Assembly: GCF_054482525.1 (NCBI RefSeq) | Contig: NZ_CM137006.1 | Length of the DNA: 64,000 nucleotides | Strand: one strand, 5' to 3' | Shown here: positions 11,105 to 22,836 of the stretch, piece by piece | Numbering within the stretch: position 1 is the stretch's first letter | How the letters are laid out: every line of letters begins with the position of its first letter | Position numbers and translations under genes: made by a program | Notes under the pieces: model-generated | What the model was told of the DNA's origin: nothing | What the model saw: only the letters and a program-made list of their open reading frames with translations | Database searches by the model: none

Positions 11105-13627
11105 TTAATTACTACCAAACATATCCTTGATCCAACCGGCTACACCGTCGCTGTCTTTCTGCTCTTGCTGAGCAGGTTGCTGTTGCGGCGGCTGAGAAGA
11201 CTGATCAAACGGATTGCCTGACGGTTGCTGCTGCATCTCACTCTGCTGGCACAGCGATTGCGGATCGCTGGTCCAGACCGGCAAGACACGCATACCACCG
11301 CTGCAAACAAAGTTGCCGTCGTAGTCCACGCCCATATCTGCAATATCTTCTGGCGGAACAAGATTTAGCGGCGTTGGCGTCTGGTTAGCCAGATAACGCT
11401 GATAAATCGACATTGCCCCGCTGGCTCCATACAGTTTGGTCGGTTGGTTGTTATCACGGCCTACCCAGGTGATGGTCACCGTGCTGCCGTCAATGCCCGC
11501 AAACCAGGTATCTACGTTATTGTTGGTAGTCCCTGTTTTCCCTGCCAGATGCAGGTTCGGGTATTTCGCCCCAAGCTGACGACCCGTACCACGTTGTACC
11601 ACCTGCTGCATGGTCCATAGTGTCAGATATGCCGCCTGCGCCGGAACAGCGCGTTCTGCCTGCGGGAAGCTCTGATACAGCACCTTGCCATCTTCTGCGA
11701 TGACTGAACGCAGCGCAGAAAGCGGTGCACGGTTACCACCGCTGGCGATGGTCTGGAATGCCTGCGCCACTTCGATTGGCGTTAAGTTCAACGCCCCCAG
11801 CAGCATTGCCGGAACCGGATGCAGCTGATCTTTCGGTACGCCCAGTTTGATCCAGGTCTCCGTAACCGCAGGCAGCCCCAGCGCCATCCCCAGATTTACC
11901 GTCGGCACGTTCATCGAACGGGTCAACGCATCCACCAACATCACTCTGCCGCTTTCGCTATAACGACGGTCATCGTTCTGCGGTGACCAGACCTGGCCAT
12001 TTGGCTGACGCAGCGCGATTGGCGCATCCGCAATCCACGTATTCAGACGATAGATTTTCGGCTGGCTTAAAGCCGTCAGATAAGTCGCTGGTTTTGCAAG
12101 GGAACCAATCGAACGACGCGCCTGCATCGCACGGTTGTAGCCCGCAAACTGCGGCTCAGAACCACCGACCATCGCACGAACTTCACCGCTAAAGCGGTCA
12201 ACAACCACAATCGCGGTTTCAAGATCGCTCAACTTACGCTGTTTCTTCAGTGCCGGAATGCCTTCCACGGCGGCTTTTTCTGCCGCGTCCTGGGCCACCG
12301 AGTCAAAGGTAGTGAAGATCTTCACGCCGGAGAGATCTTTTACCTTATCGCCCAGTTTTGCCTGCAGCTCCTGACGCACCAGTTGCATAAAGGCTGGCTG
12401 TGGAGAGATCACCCCACCGCGCGGCTGAACCCCCAGCGGACGTGCACTCAACATGTCATAGAGTTCTTGATCAATAATCTGTTGCTGTTGCAGCAGACGC
12501 AGTACCAGATTACGTCGCTCCAGCGCCAGTTTCGGGTTACGCCACGGATTGTAGATGGACGCCCCTTTCACCATACCCACCAACAGCGCCTGCTGGTCGA
12601 GGCTCAATTCTTCTACTGGGCGACCAAAGTAATACAAGCTCGCCAGCGGGAAGCCGCGGATTTCGTTGTCGCCGCTCTGACCGAGATACACCTCGTTCAT
12701 ATACAGCTCAAGAATACGGTCTTTGCTGTAACGCGCGTCCATGATCAGCGCCATGTAAGCTTCGTTCGCTTTACGCCAGTAAGAGCGCTCGCTGGAGAGG
12801 AACAGGTTTTTCACCAGCTGTTGCGTCAGCGTACTCGCACCCTGCACCGTGCGTCCGGCGGTCAGGTTTGCCAGCACCGCACGTCCGATGGAGTAGAGAC
12901 TGATCCCATCATGCTCGTAGAAATGGCGGTCTTCTGTCGCCAGCAAAGTATCCACCAGCAAATCAGGGAAACCACTGCGCGGCACAAACAGACGTTGCTC
13001 ACCGTTTGGCGAGGAGATCATGGTGATCAGGCGCGGATCAAGACGGAAGAAACCAAACTGACGGTTGTTCTCCATATTGACGATGGTCGCCAGATGATCG
13101 CCATCAAAGGTCAGACGCGCACGCACCTGCCCTTCTTTACTGTCCGGGAAATCAAACGGACGGCGGATCATCTCAATGCTGTTGGCCTGCACGGTAAATT
13201 CGCCGGGACGGGTCATTTTCGACACCTGACGATACTGTGTTGCCTCCAGCAGCTTCACCATCTCGTTCTTGCTGATGGTCATGTCTGGCTCAAGGTTGAC
13301 CATTCGGCCATAAACTGCCGCGGGCAATTGCCAGACCTTGCCATCAATACGGCTGCGAATTTTTTGATCGAGATAAACGCCGTAAATGGCGATCAGCACG
13401 GCAAAAACGATAGCCAGTTTTAGCAGCAGCCATAGCCAGCCGCGTTTGCCACGAGGCTTACGCCCTTTGCCTTTGCCCTTACCTTTGCGCGGCATCGGTT
13501 CTTCATCCTCATAGTCATCATAATCGTCGTAATCGTCATCTTCGTAACGACGACGGCTTACCTTTTGTTTGACCGGACGCGTCGGTTTCCCTTTGCGTCC
13601 AATTGGCTCGCGGTCATTCCCGGCCAT
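11105..13627 (-). CDS. mrcB: Bifunctional penicillin-binding protein 1b (transglycosylase/transpeptidase)
   Basis: ORF 11105..13642 trimmed to [14 protein letters not shown]...; acidic D/Y tract, KG repeats, TM segment and Q-rich C-terminus typical of PBP1b. Confidence 0.95.
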   Translation of the reverse strand: MAGNDREPIGRKGKPTRPVKQKVSRRRYEDDDYDDYDDYEDEEPMPRKGKGKGKGRKPRGKRGWLWLLLKLAIVFAVLIAIYGVYLDQKIRSRIDGKVWQLPAAVYGRMVNLEPDMTISKNEMVKLLEATQYRQVSKMTRPGEFTVQANSIEMIRRPFDFPDSKEGQVRARLTFDGDHLATIVNMENNRQFGFFRLDPRLITMISSPNGEQRLFVPRSGFPDLLVDTLLATEDRHFYEHDGISLYSIGRAVLANLTAGRTVQGASTLTQQLVKNLFLSSERSYWRKANEAYMALIMDARYSKDRILELYMNEVYLGQSGDNEIRGFPLASLYYFGRPVEELSLDQQALLVGMVKGASIYNPWRNPKLALERRNLVLRLLQQQQIIDQELYDMLSARPLGVQPRGGVISPQPAFMQLVRQELQAKLGDKVKDLSGVKIFTTFDSVAQDAAEKAAVEGIPALKKQRKLSDLETAIVVVDRFSGEVRAMVGGSEPQFAGYNRAMQARRSIGSLAKPATYLTALSQPKIYRLNTWIADAPIALRQPNGQVWSPQNDDRRYSESGRVMLVDALTRSMNVPTVNLGMALGLPAVTETWIKLGVPKDQLHPVPAMLLGALNLTPIEVAQAFQTIASGGNRAPLSALRSVIAEDGKVLYQSFPQAERAVPAQAAYLTLWTMQQVVQRGTGRQLGAKYPNLHLAGKTGTTNNNVDTWFAGIDGSTVTITWVGRDNNQPTKLYGASGAMSIYQRYLANQTPTPLNLVPPEDIADMGVDYDGNFVCSGGMRVLPVWTSDPQSLCQQSEMQQQPSGNPFDQSSQPPQQQPAQQEQKDSDGVAGWIKDMFGSN

Positions 13628-13720
13628 GCTTTTTCTCCGCAATATTCAGGCGCAAAAGCCCGATTTTCTGTTCTTCTGTTGCAAGACAGAAGAAGATATC
13701 TCTCAAATTTGCTTTGGTCT

Positions 13721-16150
13721 TCACGAATACTTTTTCGTCCGTCGCGTCGGTGCAGTATTTGCCGGGTCGTCCGGCCAGACATGTTTGGGATAACGCCCTT
13801 TCATCTCCTTTTGCACCTCACGATACGCCCCTTTCCAGAAGGCCCCCAAATCACGCGTGATTTGCAGCGGCCTTTGGGCGGGTGAAAGCAACTCCAGCAC
13901 CAGCGGCACGCGCCCCTGAGCGATCGTCGGATTGGTGGCCTCACCAAACATCTCCTGCATTCTCACCGCCAGCGCGGGCGGATTATCTTCATGATAACGA
14001 ATGGCGATCCGGCTTCCCGTCGGCACAGTGTAATGCGCAGGCAATTCACTATCCAGACGTTGCTGCATTCCCCAATCAAGTAATCCGCGTAGTGCCTGAT
14101 AAATGTCGAGTGATTTCAGGCCGCGTAGTGAATGTACGCCAGTCATATGTGGCAGCAGCCACGTTTCCAGCGCCGCCAATAAACTTTCATCATCAACCGC
14201 TGGCCAGTCATATTCCGGCAACCACTTTGCGGCGCATAACAAACGCAAGCGTAGCTGTTCCGCTTCCGCCGTCCAGTTGAGCACGCTTAAACCTTTATCA
14301 CGAATGCCGTTAAGCATCGCCTGATGCAACTCGTCTTCCGAGGGTTTCGCCAGTGGCTGCACTTTCACCGTCAACTGACCGATTTGCAGCCGACGCCAGG
14401 CTTTCAGCGTGCCTTGCGCGTCATCCCATTCCACGGTGTCAGACTGCTGTACCAGCTGCGGACAGCGTTGTACTAACTCATCAATATCGACCGGTAGCGC
14501 CAGTAAAATCCGTGCATCCGGCGAGGCGCTGCCCTGCAATAATAACGGTGCGATCAACCATTCGTGGCGGCTTAGCGCATCGTCGGCATCGAGCATCGCC
14601 CCCATGCCGTTTGCCAGTTGATAGCGTCCATCTTGCCCACGGCGACGAGCAATGCGATCGGCATACGCCCCGGCAAGTAGCGGCGCGATAAGAGAACTGT
14701 CTGCCTCACCGCCGCGTACGTTTAAACGTTTTAACAGTTGCTGACTACGTTGCTGCCAGGCTGGTTGATTGCGCGAAAACGCCACGCCCAGGTCACTATT
14801 GCCCATCCGTGGCGGCTCTTCGAGAATGGCGGCAATTTTTGCCGCGGTAGCAGCTTCGTCGTCGTTCTTCGCGCTAACCAGCATTGCCGCTAAACGCGGA
14901 TCGTTACCCAGCGCTGCCATTTTTTGCCCTTGCGCACTAAGCCGTTCACCGTCCAGCGCCCCCAGCATCCGTAACATGCGTTTCGCGGCCAGTAGATTCA
15001 CCGTTGGCGGTTGATCCAGCCAGCTCATCTGCGCCGGATCGCTGCATCCCCATTGCAGTAATTCCATCAGCAAACCGGAAAGATCGCTTTGTAATATCTC
15101 CGGTTCACTTTGCGCGGCAGCGCGTTCTGCTTGTTCTTTGGCGATTAAATGCAGGCAGATACCCGGCTCCAGACGCCCGGCGCGCCCGGCACGCTGCGTC
15201 ATGGATGCCTGACTAACGCGTTGAGTAATCAGTCGCGTAAGCCCCGTGCGCGGATCAAAGCGCGCCACCCTTTCCTGAGCACAATCCACCACCAGACGAA
15301 TACCTTCAATGGTTAAACTGGTTTCAGCAATATTGGTCGCCAGCACCACTTTGCGCATTCCTTGCGGTGCCGGAAGGATCGCTTTTCGCTGATCGTTCAG
15401 CGACAACGCGCCATACAGCGGGCAGAGCAACACATCACTGCCGATGCGCGAAGCCAGTTGTTCCTGCACGCGCTGAATTTCTCCGACGCCAGGTAAAAAT
15501 AACAGTAATGATCCACTTTCCTGACGCAGCATTTCGGCGGTGGCTACCGCAACGGCTTCGTCAAAACGCTGATGCGCGGGCAGCGGTAAATAACGGCGTT
15601 CAACCGGAAACGAGCGCCCTTCTGAGATGACGACGGGCGCTTCTGGCAGCATTTGCTGCAAGCTGTCGTTGTCCAGCGTAGCCGACATAATCAGCAGTTT
15701 AAGGTCATCACGCAGACCTTGTTGCACATCGAGTAACAGCGCCAACGCCAAATCCGCCTGCAAGCTGCGCTCATGAAACTCATCGAGGATCACCAATCCA
15801 ACACCGCTCAGTTCCGGGTCACGCTGGATCATGCGCGTCAGCACGCCTTCGGTAACCACTTCCAGGCGGGTATTCGGCCCGACGCGGTTTTGCGCACGCA
15901 TCCGGTAGCCAACGGTATCGCCTGGCTTTTCGTTAAGCAGCTCCGCCAGTCGTTGCGCAACGTTACGCGCCGCCAAACGACGCGGCTCCAACAGGATAAT
16001 TTTCCCGTTAATGCCGGGATGCGCCAGCAGTTGCAGCGGCAGCCAGGTTGATTTCCCGGCCCCGGTCGGCGCACTTAATAACACCTGCGATGCACAATCG
16101 AGAGCGGTAAGTAATTCAGGTAAGACGGCAGCAACGGGCAACGACGACAC
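13721..16150 (-). CDS. hrpB: ATP-dependent RNA helicase HrpB (DEAH-box)
   Basis: ORF 13721..16195; Walker A GAGKST and DEFHERS motifs. Start placed at GTG (VSSLPVAAV...) to give 809 aa; the ATG at 16195 is the alternative. Confidence 0.88.
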   Translation of the reverse strand: MSSLPVAAVLPELLTALDCASQVLLSAPTGAGKSTWLPLQLLAHPGINGKIILLEPRRLAARNVAQRLAELLNEKPGDTVGYRMRAQNRVGPNTRLEVVTEGVLTRMIQRDPELSGVGLVILDEFHERSLQADLALALLLDVQQGLRDDLKLLIMSATLDNDSLQQMLPEAPVVISEGRSFPVERRYLPLPAHQRFDEAVAVATAEMLRQESGSLLLFLPGVGEIQRVQEQLASRIGSDVLLCPLYGALSLNDQRKAILPAPQGMRKVVLATNIAETSLTIEGIRLVVDCAQERVARFDPRTGLTRLITQRVSQASMTQRAGRAGRLEPGICLHLIAKEQAERAAAQSEPEILQSDLSGLLMELLQWGCSDPAQMSWLDQPPTVNLLAAKRMLRMLGALDGERLSAQGQKMAALGNDPRLAAMLVSAKNDDEAATAAKIAAILEEPPRMGNSDLGVAFSRNQPAWQQRSQQLLKRLNVRGGEADSSLIAPLLAGAYADRIARRRGQDGRYQLANGMGAMLDADDALSRHEWLIAPLLLQGSASPDARILLALPVDIDELVQRCPQLVQQSDTVEWDDAQGTLKAWRRLQIGQLTVKVQPLAKPSEDELHQAMLNGIRDKGLSVLNWTAEAEQLRLRLLCAAKWLPEYDWPAVDDESLLAALETWLLPHMTGVHSLRGLKSLDIYQALRGLLDWGMQQRLDSELPAHYTVPTGSRIAIRYHEDNPPALAVRMQEMFGEATNPTIAQGRVPLVLELLSPAQRPLQITRDLGAFWKGAYREVQKEMKGRYPKHVWPDDPANTAPTRRTKKYS

Positions 16151-16223
16151 AAAACGCTCCAGAGGGTTAACATTCTTCGCGGCACATTGTAGCATCGCGG
16201 TAATTCATAACCGAGTGCCTCAC

Positions 16224-17473
<1,250 letters not shown>

Positions 17474-17650
17474 TAAAGTATGTAACTGGTTAATTTACAT
17501 TCTGGTCGCGTGCGCAAATACGCTTTTCCTCACACAGTTGTCAAGTGTTACGTTTAGATAATTGCTATCCGGAAAAGCATCTGCTATTTATAGCGGCCTC
17601 ATTTTTCCCCCGAACATGGGGATCGATAGTGCGTGTTAAGGAGAAGCAAC

Positions 17651-18106
17651 ATGCAAGAAGGGCAAAACCGTAAAACATCGTCCCTGAGTATTCTCGCCAT
17701 CGCTGGGGTGGAACCATATCAGGAGAAGCCGGGCGAAGAGTATATGAATGAAGCCCAGCTGGCGCACTTCCGTCGTATTCTGGAAGCATGGCGTAATCAA
17801 CTCAGGGATGAAGTCGATCGCACCGTTACACATATGCAGGATGAAGCAGCCAACTTCCCGGACCCGGTAGACCGTGCAGCCCAGGAAGAAGAGTTCAGCC
17901 TCGAACTGCGTAACCGCGATCGCGAGCGTAAGCTGATCAAAAAGATCGAGAAGACGCTGAAAAAAGTGGAAGACGAAGATTTCGGCTACTGCGAGTCCTG
18001 CGGTGTTGAAATTGGTATTCGCCGTCTGGAAGCGCGCCCGACAGCCGATCTGTGCATCGACTGCAAAACGCTGGCTGAAATTCGCGAAAAACAAATGGCT
18101 GGCTAA
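17651..18106 (+). CDS. dksA: RNA polymerase-binding transcription factor DksA
   Basis: ORF trimmed to [19 protein letters not shown]... (151 aa); C4 zinc finger [26 protein letters not shown]. Confidence 0.95.
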   Translation: MQEGQNRKTSSLSILAIAGVEPYQEKPGEEYMNEAQLAHFRRILEAWRNQLRDEVDRTVTHMQDEAANFPDPVDRAAQEEEFSLELRNRDRERKLIKKIEKTLKKVEDEDFGYCESCGVEIGIRRLEARPTADLCIDCKTLAEIREKQMAG

Positions 18107-18134
18107 TTACAGCCGTTCCATCACGTTTACCACA

Positions 18135-18162
18135 GGCGGGAAATGCTCCCGCCTTATTTTTT
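18135..18162 (+). terminator. Intrinsic terminator downstream of dksA
   Basis: ggcggga-aatgc-tcccgcc stem followed by ttatttttt; ends about 11 nt before the gluQ ATG. Confidence 0.6.
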
Positions 18163-18172
18163 GTTCAACGAG

Positions 18173-19069
18173 ATGACTGACACACACTATATTGGCCGCT
18201 TTGCCCCCTCTCCTTCCGGCGAGCTTCATTTTGGCTCTCTGATTGCCGCGCTTGGCAGCTATTTACAGGCTCGCGCCCAGCAAGGTCGCTGGCTGGTACG
18301 CATTGAAGATATCGACCCGCCTCGTGAAGTTCCCGGTGCCGCAGAGACTATCCTGCGCCAGCTGGAACATTACGGCCTGCACTGGGACGGCGATGTTCTC
18401 TGGCAATCGCAACGTCACCACGCCTATCGCGAAGCACTCGCCTGGTTACATGAGCAAGGATTAAGTTATTACTGCACCTGCACGCGTGCGCGTATTCAAA
18501 GCATTGGCGGTATTTACGACGGTCATTGCCGGGAATTGCATCATGGACCAGACAACGCCGCAGTACGTATCCGCCAGCAGCATCCGGTCACGCAATTTAC
18601 TGATCAGCTGCGCGGCATTATTCACGCCGACGAAAAACTGGCGCGGGAAGATTTTATTATTCATCGCCGTGATGGTTTGTTTGCCTATAACCTGGCGGTG
18701 GTGGTGGATGATCACTTCCAGGGCGTGAGCGAAATTGTCCGCGGGGCAGATTTGATCGAACCGACAGTGCGGCAAATCTCGCTGTACCAGCTTTTTGGCT
18801 GGAAAGTGCCAGATTACATCCATTTACCGCTGGCGCTTAATCCACAAGGCGCTAAACTTTCCAAGCAGAATCATGCGCCTGCGTTGCCGAAAGGCGATCC
18901 GCGCCCGGTACTAATCGCGGCACTTCAATTTCTGGGTCAGCAGGCAGAAGCACACTGGCAGGATTTCAGCGTCGAGCAAATCCTTCAGTCAGCCGTCAAA
19001 AACTGGCGGCTTACCGCCGTGCCTGAGTCGGCAATTGTAAATTCAACATTCTCAAATGCGTCATGCTGA
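18173..19069 (+). CDS. gluQ: Glutamyl-Q tRNA(Asp) synthetase
   Basis: Class I aaRS-like [14 protein letters not shown] motif. Start taken at [10 protein letters not shown]; the ORF track allows an upstream TTG at 18143. Confidence 0.88.
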   Translation: MTDTHYIGRFAPSPSGELHFGSLIAALGSYLQARAQQGRWLVRIEDIDPPREVPGAAETILRQLEHYGLHWDGDVLWQSQRHHAYREALAWLHEQGLSYYCTCTRARIQSIGGIYDGHCRELHHGPDNAAVRIRQQHPVTQFTDQLRGIIHADEKLAREDFIIHRRDGLFAYNLAVVVDDHFQGVSEIVRGADLIEPTVRQISLYQLFGWKVPDYIHLPLALNPQGAKLSKQNHAPALPKGDPRPVLIAALQFLGQQAEAHWQDFSVEQILQSAVKNWRLTAVPESAIVNSTFSNASC

Positions 19070-19128
19070 GCTATGATTAGCCGCTATTTTTTTGTCCTGA
19101 ATGATGTTTGACACTACCGAGGTGTACT

Positions 19129-20526
19129 ATTTTTACCCGAGTCGCTAATTTTTGCCGCAAGGTGCTAAGCCGCGAGGAAAGCGAGGCTGAACAGGCAGTC
19201 GCCCGTCCACAGGTGACGGTGATCCCGCGTGAGCAGCATGCTATTTCCCGCAAAGATATCAGTGAAAATGCCCTGAAGGTAATGTACAGGCTCAATAAAG
19301 CGGGATACGAAGCCTGGCTGGTTGGCGGCGGCGTGCGCGACCTGTTACTTGGCAAAAAGCCGAAAGATTTTGACGTAACCACTAACGCCACGCCTGAACA
19401 GGTACGTAAACTGTTCCGTAACTGCCGCCTGGTGGGTCGCCGTTTCCGTCTGGCTCATGTGATGTTTGGCCCGGAGATTATCGAAGTTGCGACCTTCCGT
19501 GGACATCACGAAGGTAACGTCAGCGACCGCACGACCTCCCAACGCGGGCAAAACGGTATGTTGCTGCGCGACAACATTTTCGGCTCCATCGAAGAAGACG
19601 CCCAGCGCCGCGATTTCACTATCAACAGCCTGTATTACAGCGTGGCAGATTTTACCGTCCGTGATTACGTTGGCGGCATGAAGGATCTGAAAGACGGCGT
19701 TATCCGTCTGATTGGTAACCCGGAAACGCGCTACCGTGAAGATCCGGTACGGATGCTGCGCGCGGTACGTTTTGCCGCCAAATTGGGTATGCGTATCAGT
19801 CCTGAAACCGCAGAACCGATCCCTCGCCTGGCTACCCTGCTGAACGATATTCCTCCTGCACGTCTGTTTGAAGAATCTTTGAAACTGCTGCAAGCGGGCT
19901 ACGGTTACGAAACCTATAAGCTGCTGTGTGAATATCACCTGTTCCAGCCGCTGTTCCCGACCATTACCCGCTACTTCACGGAAAATGGCGACAGCCCGAT
20001 GGAGCGGATCATTGAACAGGTGCTGAAGAATACCGACACGCGTATCCATAACGATATGCGCGTGAACCCGGCGTTCCTGTTTGCCGCCATGTTCTGGTAC
20101 CCACTGCTGGAGACAGCACAGAAGATCGCCCAGGAAAGTGGCCTGACCTATCACGACGCTTTCGCGCTGGCGATGAACGACGTGCTGGACGAAGCCTGCC
20201 GTTCACTGGCAATCCCGAAACGTCTGACGACGTTAACCCGCGATATCTGGCAGTTGCAGTTGCGTATGTCCCGTCGTCAGGGTAAACGCGCCTGGAAACT
20301 GCTGGAGCATCCTAAGTTCCGTGCTGCTTATGACCTGTTGGCCTTGCGAGCTGAAGTTGAACGTAACGCTGAACTGCAGCGTCTTGTGAAATGGTGGGGT
20401 GAGTTCCAGGTTTCCGCGCCACCAGATCAAAAAGGGATGCTCAACGAGCTGGATGAAGAGCCGTCACCGCGTCGCCGTTCTCGTCGTCCACGCAAACGCG
20501 CACCGCGTCGTGAGGGTACCGCATGA
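19129..20526 (+). CDS. pcnB: Poly(A) polymerase I
   Basis: Nucleotidyltransferase motif [18 protein letters not shown]. Start placed at ATT 19129 ([11 protein letters not shown]...), the published non-canonical AUU start; the ORF track begins at TTG 19108. Confidence 0.9.
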   Translation: MFTRVANFCRKVLSREESEAEQAVARPQVTVIPREQHAISRKDISENALKVMYRLNKAGYEAWLVGGGVRDLLLGKKPKDFDVTTNATPEQVRKLFRNCRLVGRRFRLAHVMFGPEIIEVATFRGHHEGNVSDRTTSQRGQNGMLLRDNIFGSIEEDAQRRDFTINSLYYSVADFTVRDYVGGMKDLKDGVIRLIGNPETRYREDPVRMLRAVRFAAKLGMRISPETAEPIPRLATLLNDIPPARLFEESLKLLQAGYGYETYKLLCEYHLFQPLFPTITRYFTENGDSPMERIIEQVLKNTDTRIHNDMRVNPAFLFAAMFWYPLLETAQKIAQESGLTYHDAFALAMNDVLDEACRSLAIPKRLTTLTRDIWQLQLRMSRRQGKRAWKLLEHPKFRAAYDLLALRAEVERNAELQRLVKWWGEFQVSAPPDQKGMLNELDEEPSPRRRSRRPRKRAPRREGTA

Positions 20527-21002
20527 CAGTGGCGTATATTGCCATAGGCAGCAATCTGGCCTCTCCACTGGAGCAGGTCAATGCTGCCCTGAAAGCATTA
20601 GGCGATATCCCTGAAAGCCGCATTCTTGCCGTTTCTTCGTTCTACCGCACCCCACCGCTGGGGCCGCAAGATCAACCCGATTACTTAAACGCAGCCGTGG
20701 CGCTGGAAACCTCTCTTGCACCTGAAGAGCTACTCAATCACACACAGCGTATCGAATTGCAGCAAGGTCGCGTCCGTAAAGCGGAACGCTGGGGACCGCG
20801 TACGCTGGATCTCGACATCATGCTGTTTGGTAATGAAGTGATAAATACCGAACGCCTGACCGTTCCGCACTACGATATGAAGAATCGTGGATTTATGCTG
20901 TGGCCACTGTTTGAAATTGCGCCGGAGTTGGTGTTTCCTGATGGGGAGACGTTGCGTCAAATCTTACATACAAGAGCATTTGACAAATTAAACAAATGGT
21001 AA
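20523..21002 (+). CDS. folK: 2-amino-4-hydroxy-6-hydroxymethyldihydropteridine pyrophosphokinase (HPPK)
   Basis: 159 aa, [12 protein letters not shown]...; its start overlaps the pcnB stop as ATGA. Confidence 0.93.
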   Translation: MTVAYIAIGSNLASPLEQVNAALKALGDIPESRILAVSSFYRTPPLGPQDQPDYLNAAVALETSLAPEELLNHTQRIELQQGRVRKAERWGPRTLDLDIMLFGNEVINTERLTVPHYDMKNRGFMLWPLFEIAPELVFPDGETLRQILHTRAFDKLNKW

Positions 21003-21371
21003 TTTATTTATATTGCGAATATAAATATTTTCTGAAAATCACACCACCTCTCTTTCCTTAATAACGATTTTACTTTAAACATTTTTATAGAAAAATAATA
21101 TAAATTCCCGCAGATAAATATCAATCCCATCTCCATACCCTAACCAATTCCACTTGTGAACTTATTTTTACTTAATTTTGAATTAAGTAAATTTAATTTG
21201 TTTAAAAGCTTCTAAAGTGCACAATAGGCGACCTAATGAACAATGGTTGTAAATTTGGGTAACAAATATCATTGCTCATTAATATCTAACATTTGTTTCT
21301 CCTATTTGTGTCATGAATAGTCATTCTTCAAACATGTAGTCTGACTAATGGAATTTTATTCAAGGATTTTT

Positions 21372-21956
21372 ATGTCTAAAAAATTAGGTTTTGCCCTGTC
21401 TGGTCTTATGCTGGCAATGGTTGCAGGTACTGCTTCTGCTGATATGGACGGTGGTCAGTTAAATATCAGTGGCCTGGTTGTTGATAACACCTGTGAAACC
21501 CGTGTTGACGGCGGTAACAAAGATGGCCTGATCCTGCTGCAAACCGCAACTGTTGGTGAAATCGATGCAGGCGTACTCGAAACTACCGTTGGTGCCAAGG
21601 CTAAACCTTTCAGCATCACCGTTGATTGCAGCAAAGCAAACCCTGCACCGGGCAGCTCTGCCAAAATGACCTTCGGTTCCGTGTTCTTTGGTAACAGCAA
21701 AGGTACGCTGAACAACGATATGTCTATCAATAACCCATCTGACGGTGTGAATATTGCTCTGCACAACATTGACGGTTCCACTGTTAAGCAGGTAAAAATT
21801 AATAATCCTGGCGATGTTTACACTAAAGCACTGGACGCGACCACTAAATCTGTAACCTATGATTTTAAAGCATCCTATGTTCGAGCTGTAAATGACCAGA
21901 CGGCAACTGCTGGTTATGTAAAAACCAATACCGCATATACCGTTACTTATCAGTAA
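21372..21956 (+). CDS. yadN: Fimbrial major subunit-like protein YadN
   Basis: ORF 21348..21956 trimmed to [23 protein letters not shown] signal peptide; fimbrial subunit with conserved Cys pair. Confidence 0.85.
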   Translation: MSKKLGFALSGLMLAMVAGTASADMDGGQLNISGLVVDNTCETRVDGGNKDGLILLQTATVGEIDAGVLETTVGAKAKPFSITVDCSKANPAPGSSAKMTFGSVFFGNSKGTLNNDMSINNPSDGVNIALHNIDGSTVKQVKINNPGDVYTKALDATTKSVTYDFKASYVRAVNDQTATAGYVKTNTAYTVTYQ

Positions 21957-22061
21957 TATTTCACCGAATTAATTGATTTAGTGAATACATAGGGAATAAC
22001 ATTGCCTGTAATTATGACAATGATTATTCCCTGTTCTAAATAATTCGATCAGGGATGGTTT

Positions 22062-22802
22062 ATGTTTTTTAATACAAAACATACTGTAGCATTATGCTTT
22101 GCAACCTGTTTAGCTTTTAGCTCTTCAGCTATTGCAGATATCGTCATTTCAGGTACACGCGTTATTTACACAAGCGATCAAAAAAGTGTCAATGTACGTC
22201 TGGAAAATAAAGGCAATAACCCATTGCTGGTCCAGAGTTGGTTAGATACCGGAGATGATAACGCCGAACCTGGCAGTATCAATGTCCCATTTACGGCGAC
22301 TCCCCCTGTTTCACGTATTGACGGCAAACGCGGTCAAACAATCAAGCTGATGTATACCGGCAGTTCTGCTTTACCCAAAGATCGGGAAAGTGTGTTTTGG
22401 TTCAATGTCCTCGAAGTTCCACCAAAACCCGACGCGGAAAAAATGGCTAACCAAAGCATGTTGCAACTGGCCTTCCGTACTCGCATCAAACTGTTTTATC
22501 GTCCGGAAGGACTCACCGGAATACCTTCCGATGCTCCGGCTGCACTGAAGTGGTCGTGGACAACATCCGGCGGCAAAGTGGCGCTTCGTGTCGTTAATCC
22601 TACCCCCTTCTACGTCTCTTTCAGCAGTGGTGACGTTGTCGCCAGCGGAAAACGTTATCCGTTAGACGTCAAAATGATCGCGCCACGCAGTGAAGATGCC
22701 ATCACAGTTAATGGGATCAGTAGCAAAGTGAGTTCTGCACAAGTTCACTTCTTTGCCATTAATGATTTTGGCGGCGCAATTGAAGGCAATGCCACTCTGT
22801 AA
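22062..22802 (+). CDS. yadV: Periplasmic fimbrial chaperone (PapD-like)
   Basis: 246-aa ORF with signal peptide, recognised as a PapD-fold pilus chaperone (also known as EcpD). Confidence 0.88.
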   Translation: MFFNTKHTVALCFATCLAFSSSAIADIVISGTRVIYTSDQKSVNVRLENKGNNPLLVQSWLDTGDDNAEPGSINVPFTATPPVSRIDGKRGQTIKLMYTGSSALPKDRESVFWFNVLEVPPKPDAEKMANQSMLQLAFRTRIKLFYRPEGLTGIPSDAPAALKWSWTTSGGKVALRVVNPTPFYVSFSSGDVVASGKRYPLDVKMIAPRSEDAITVNGISSKVSSAQVHFFAINDFGGAIEGNATL

Positions 22803-22836
22803 AGTCTTCAGGATCACACGCAGCAGGAAGCAAAAC

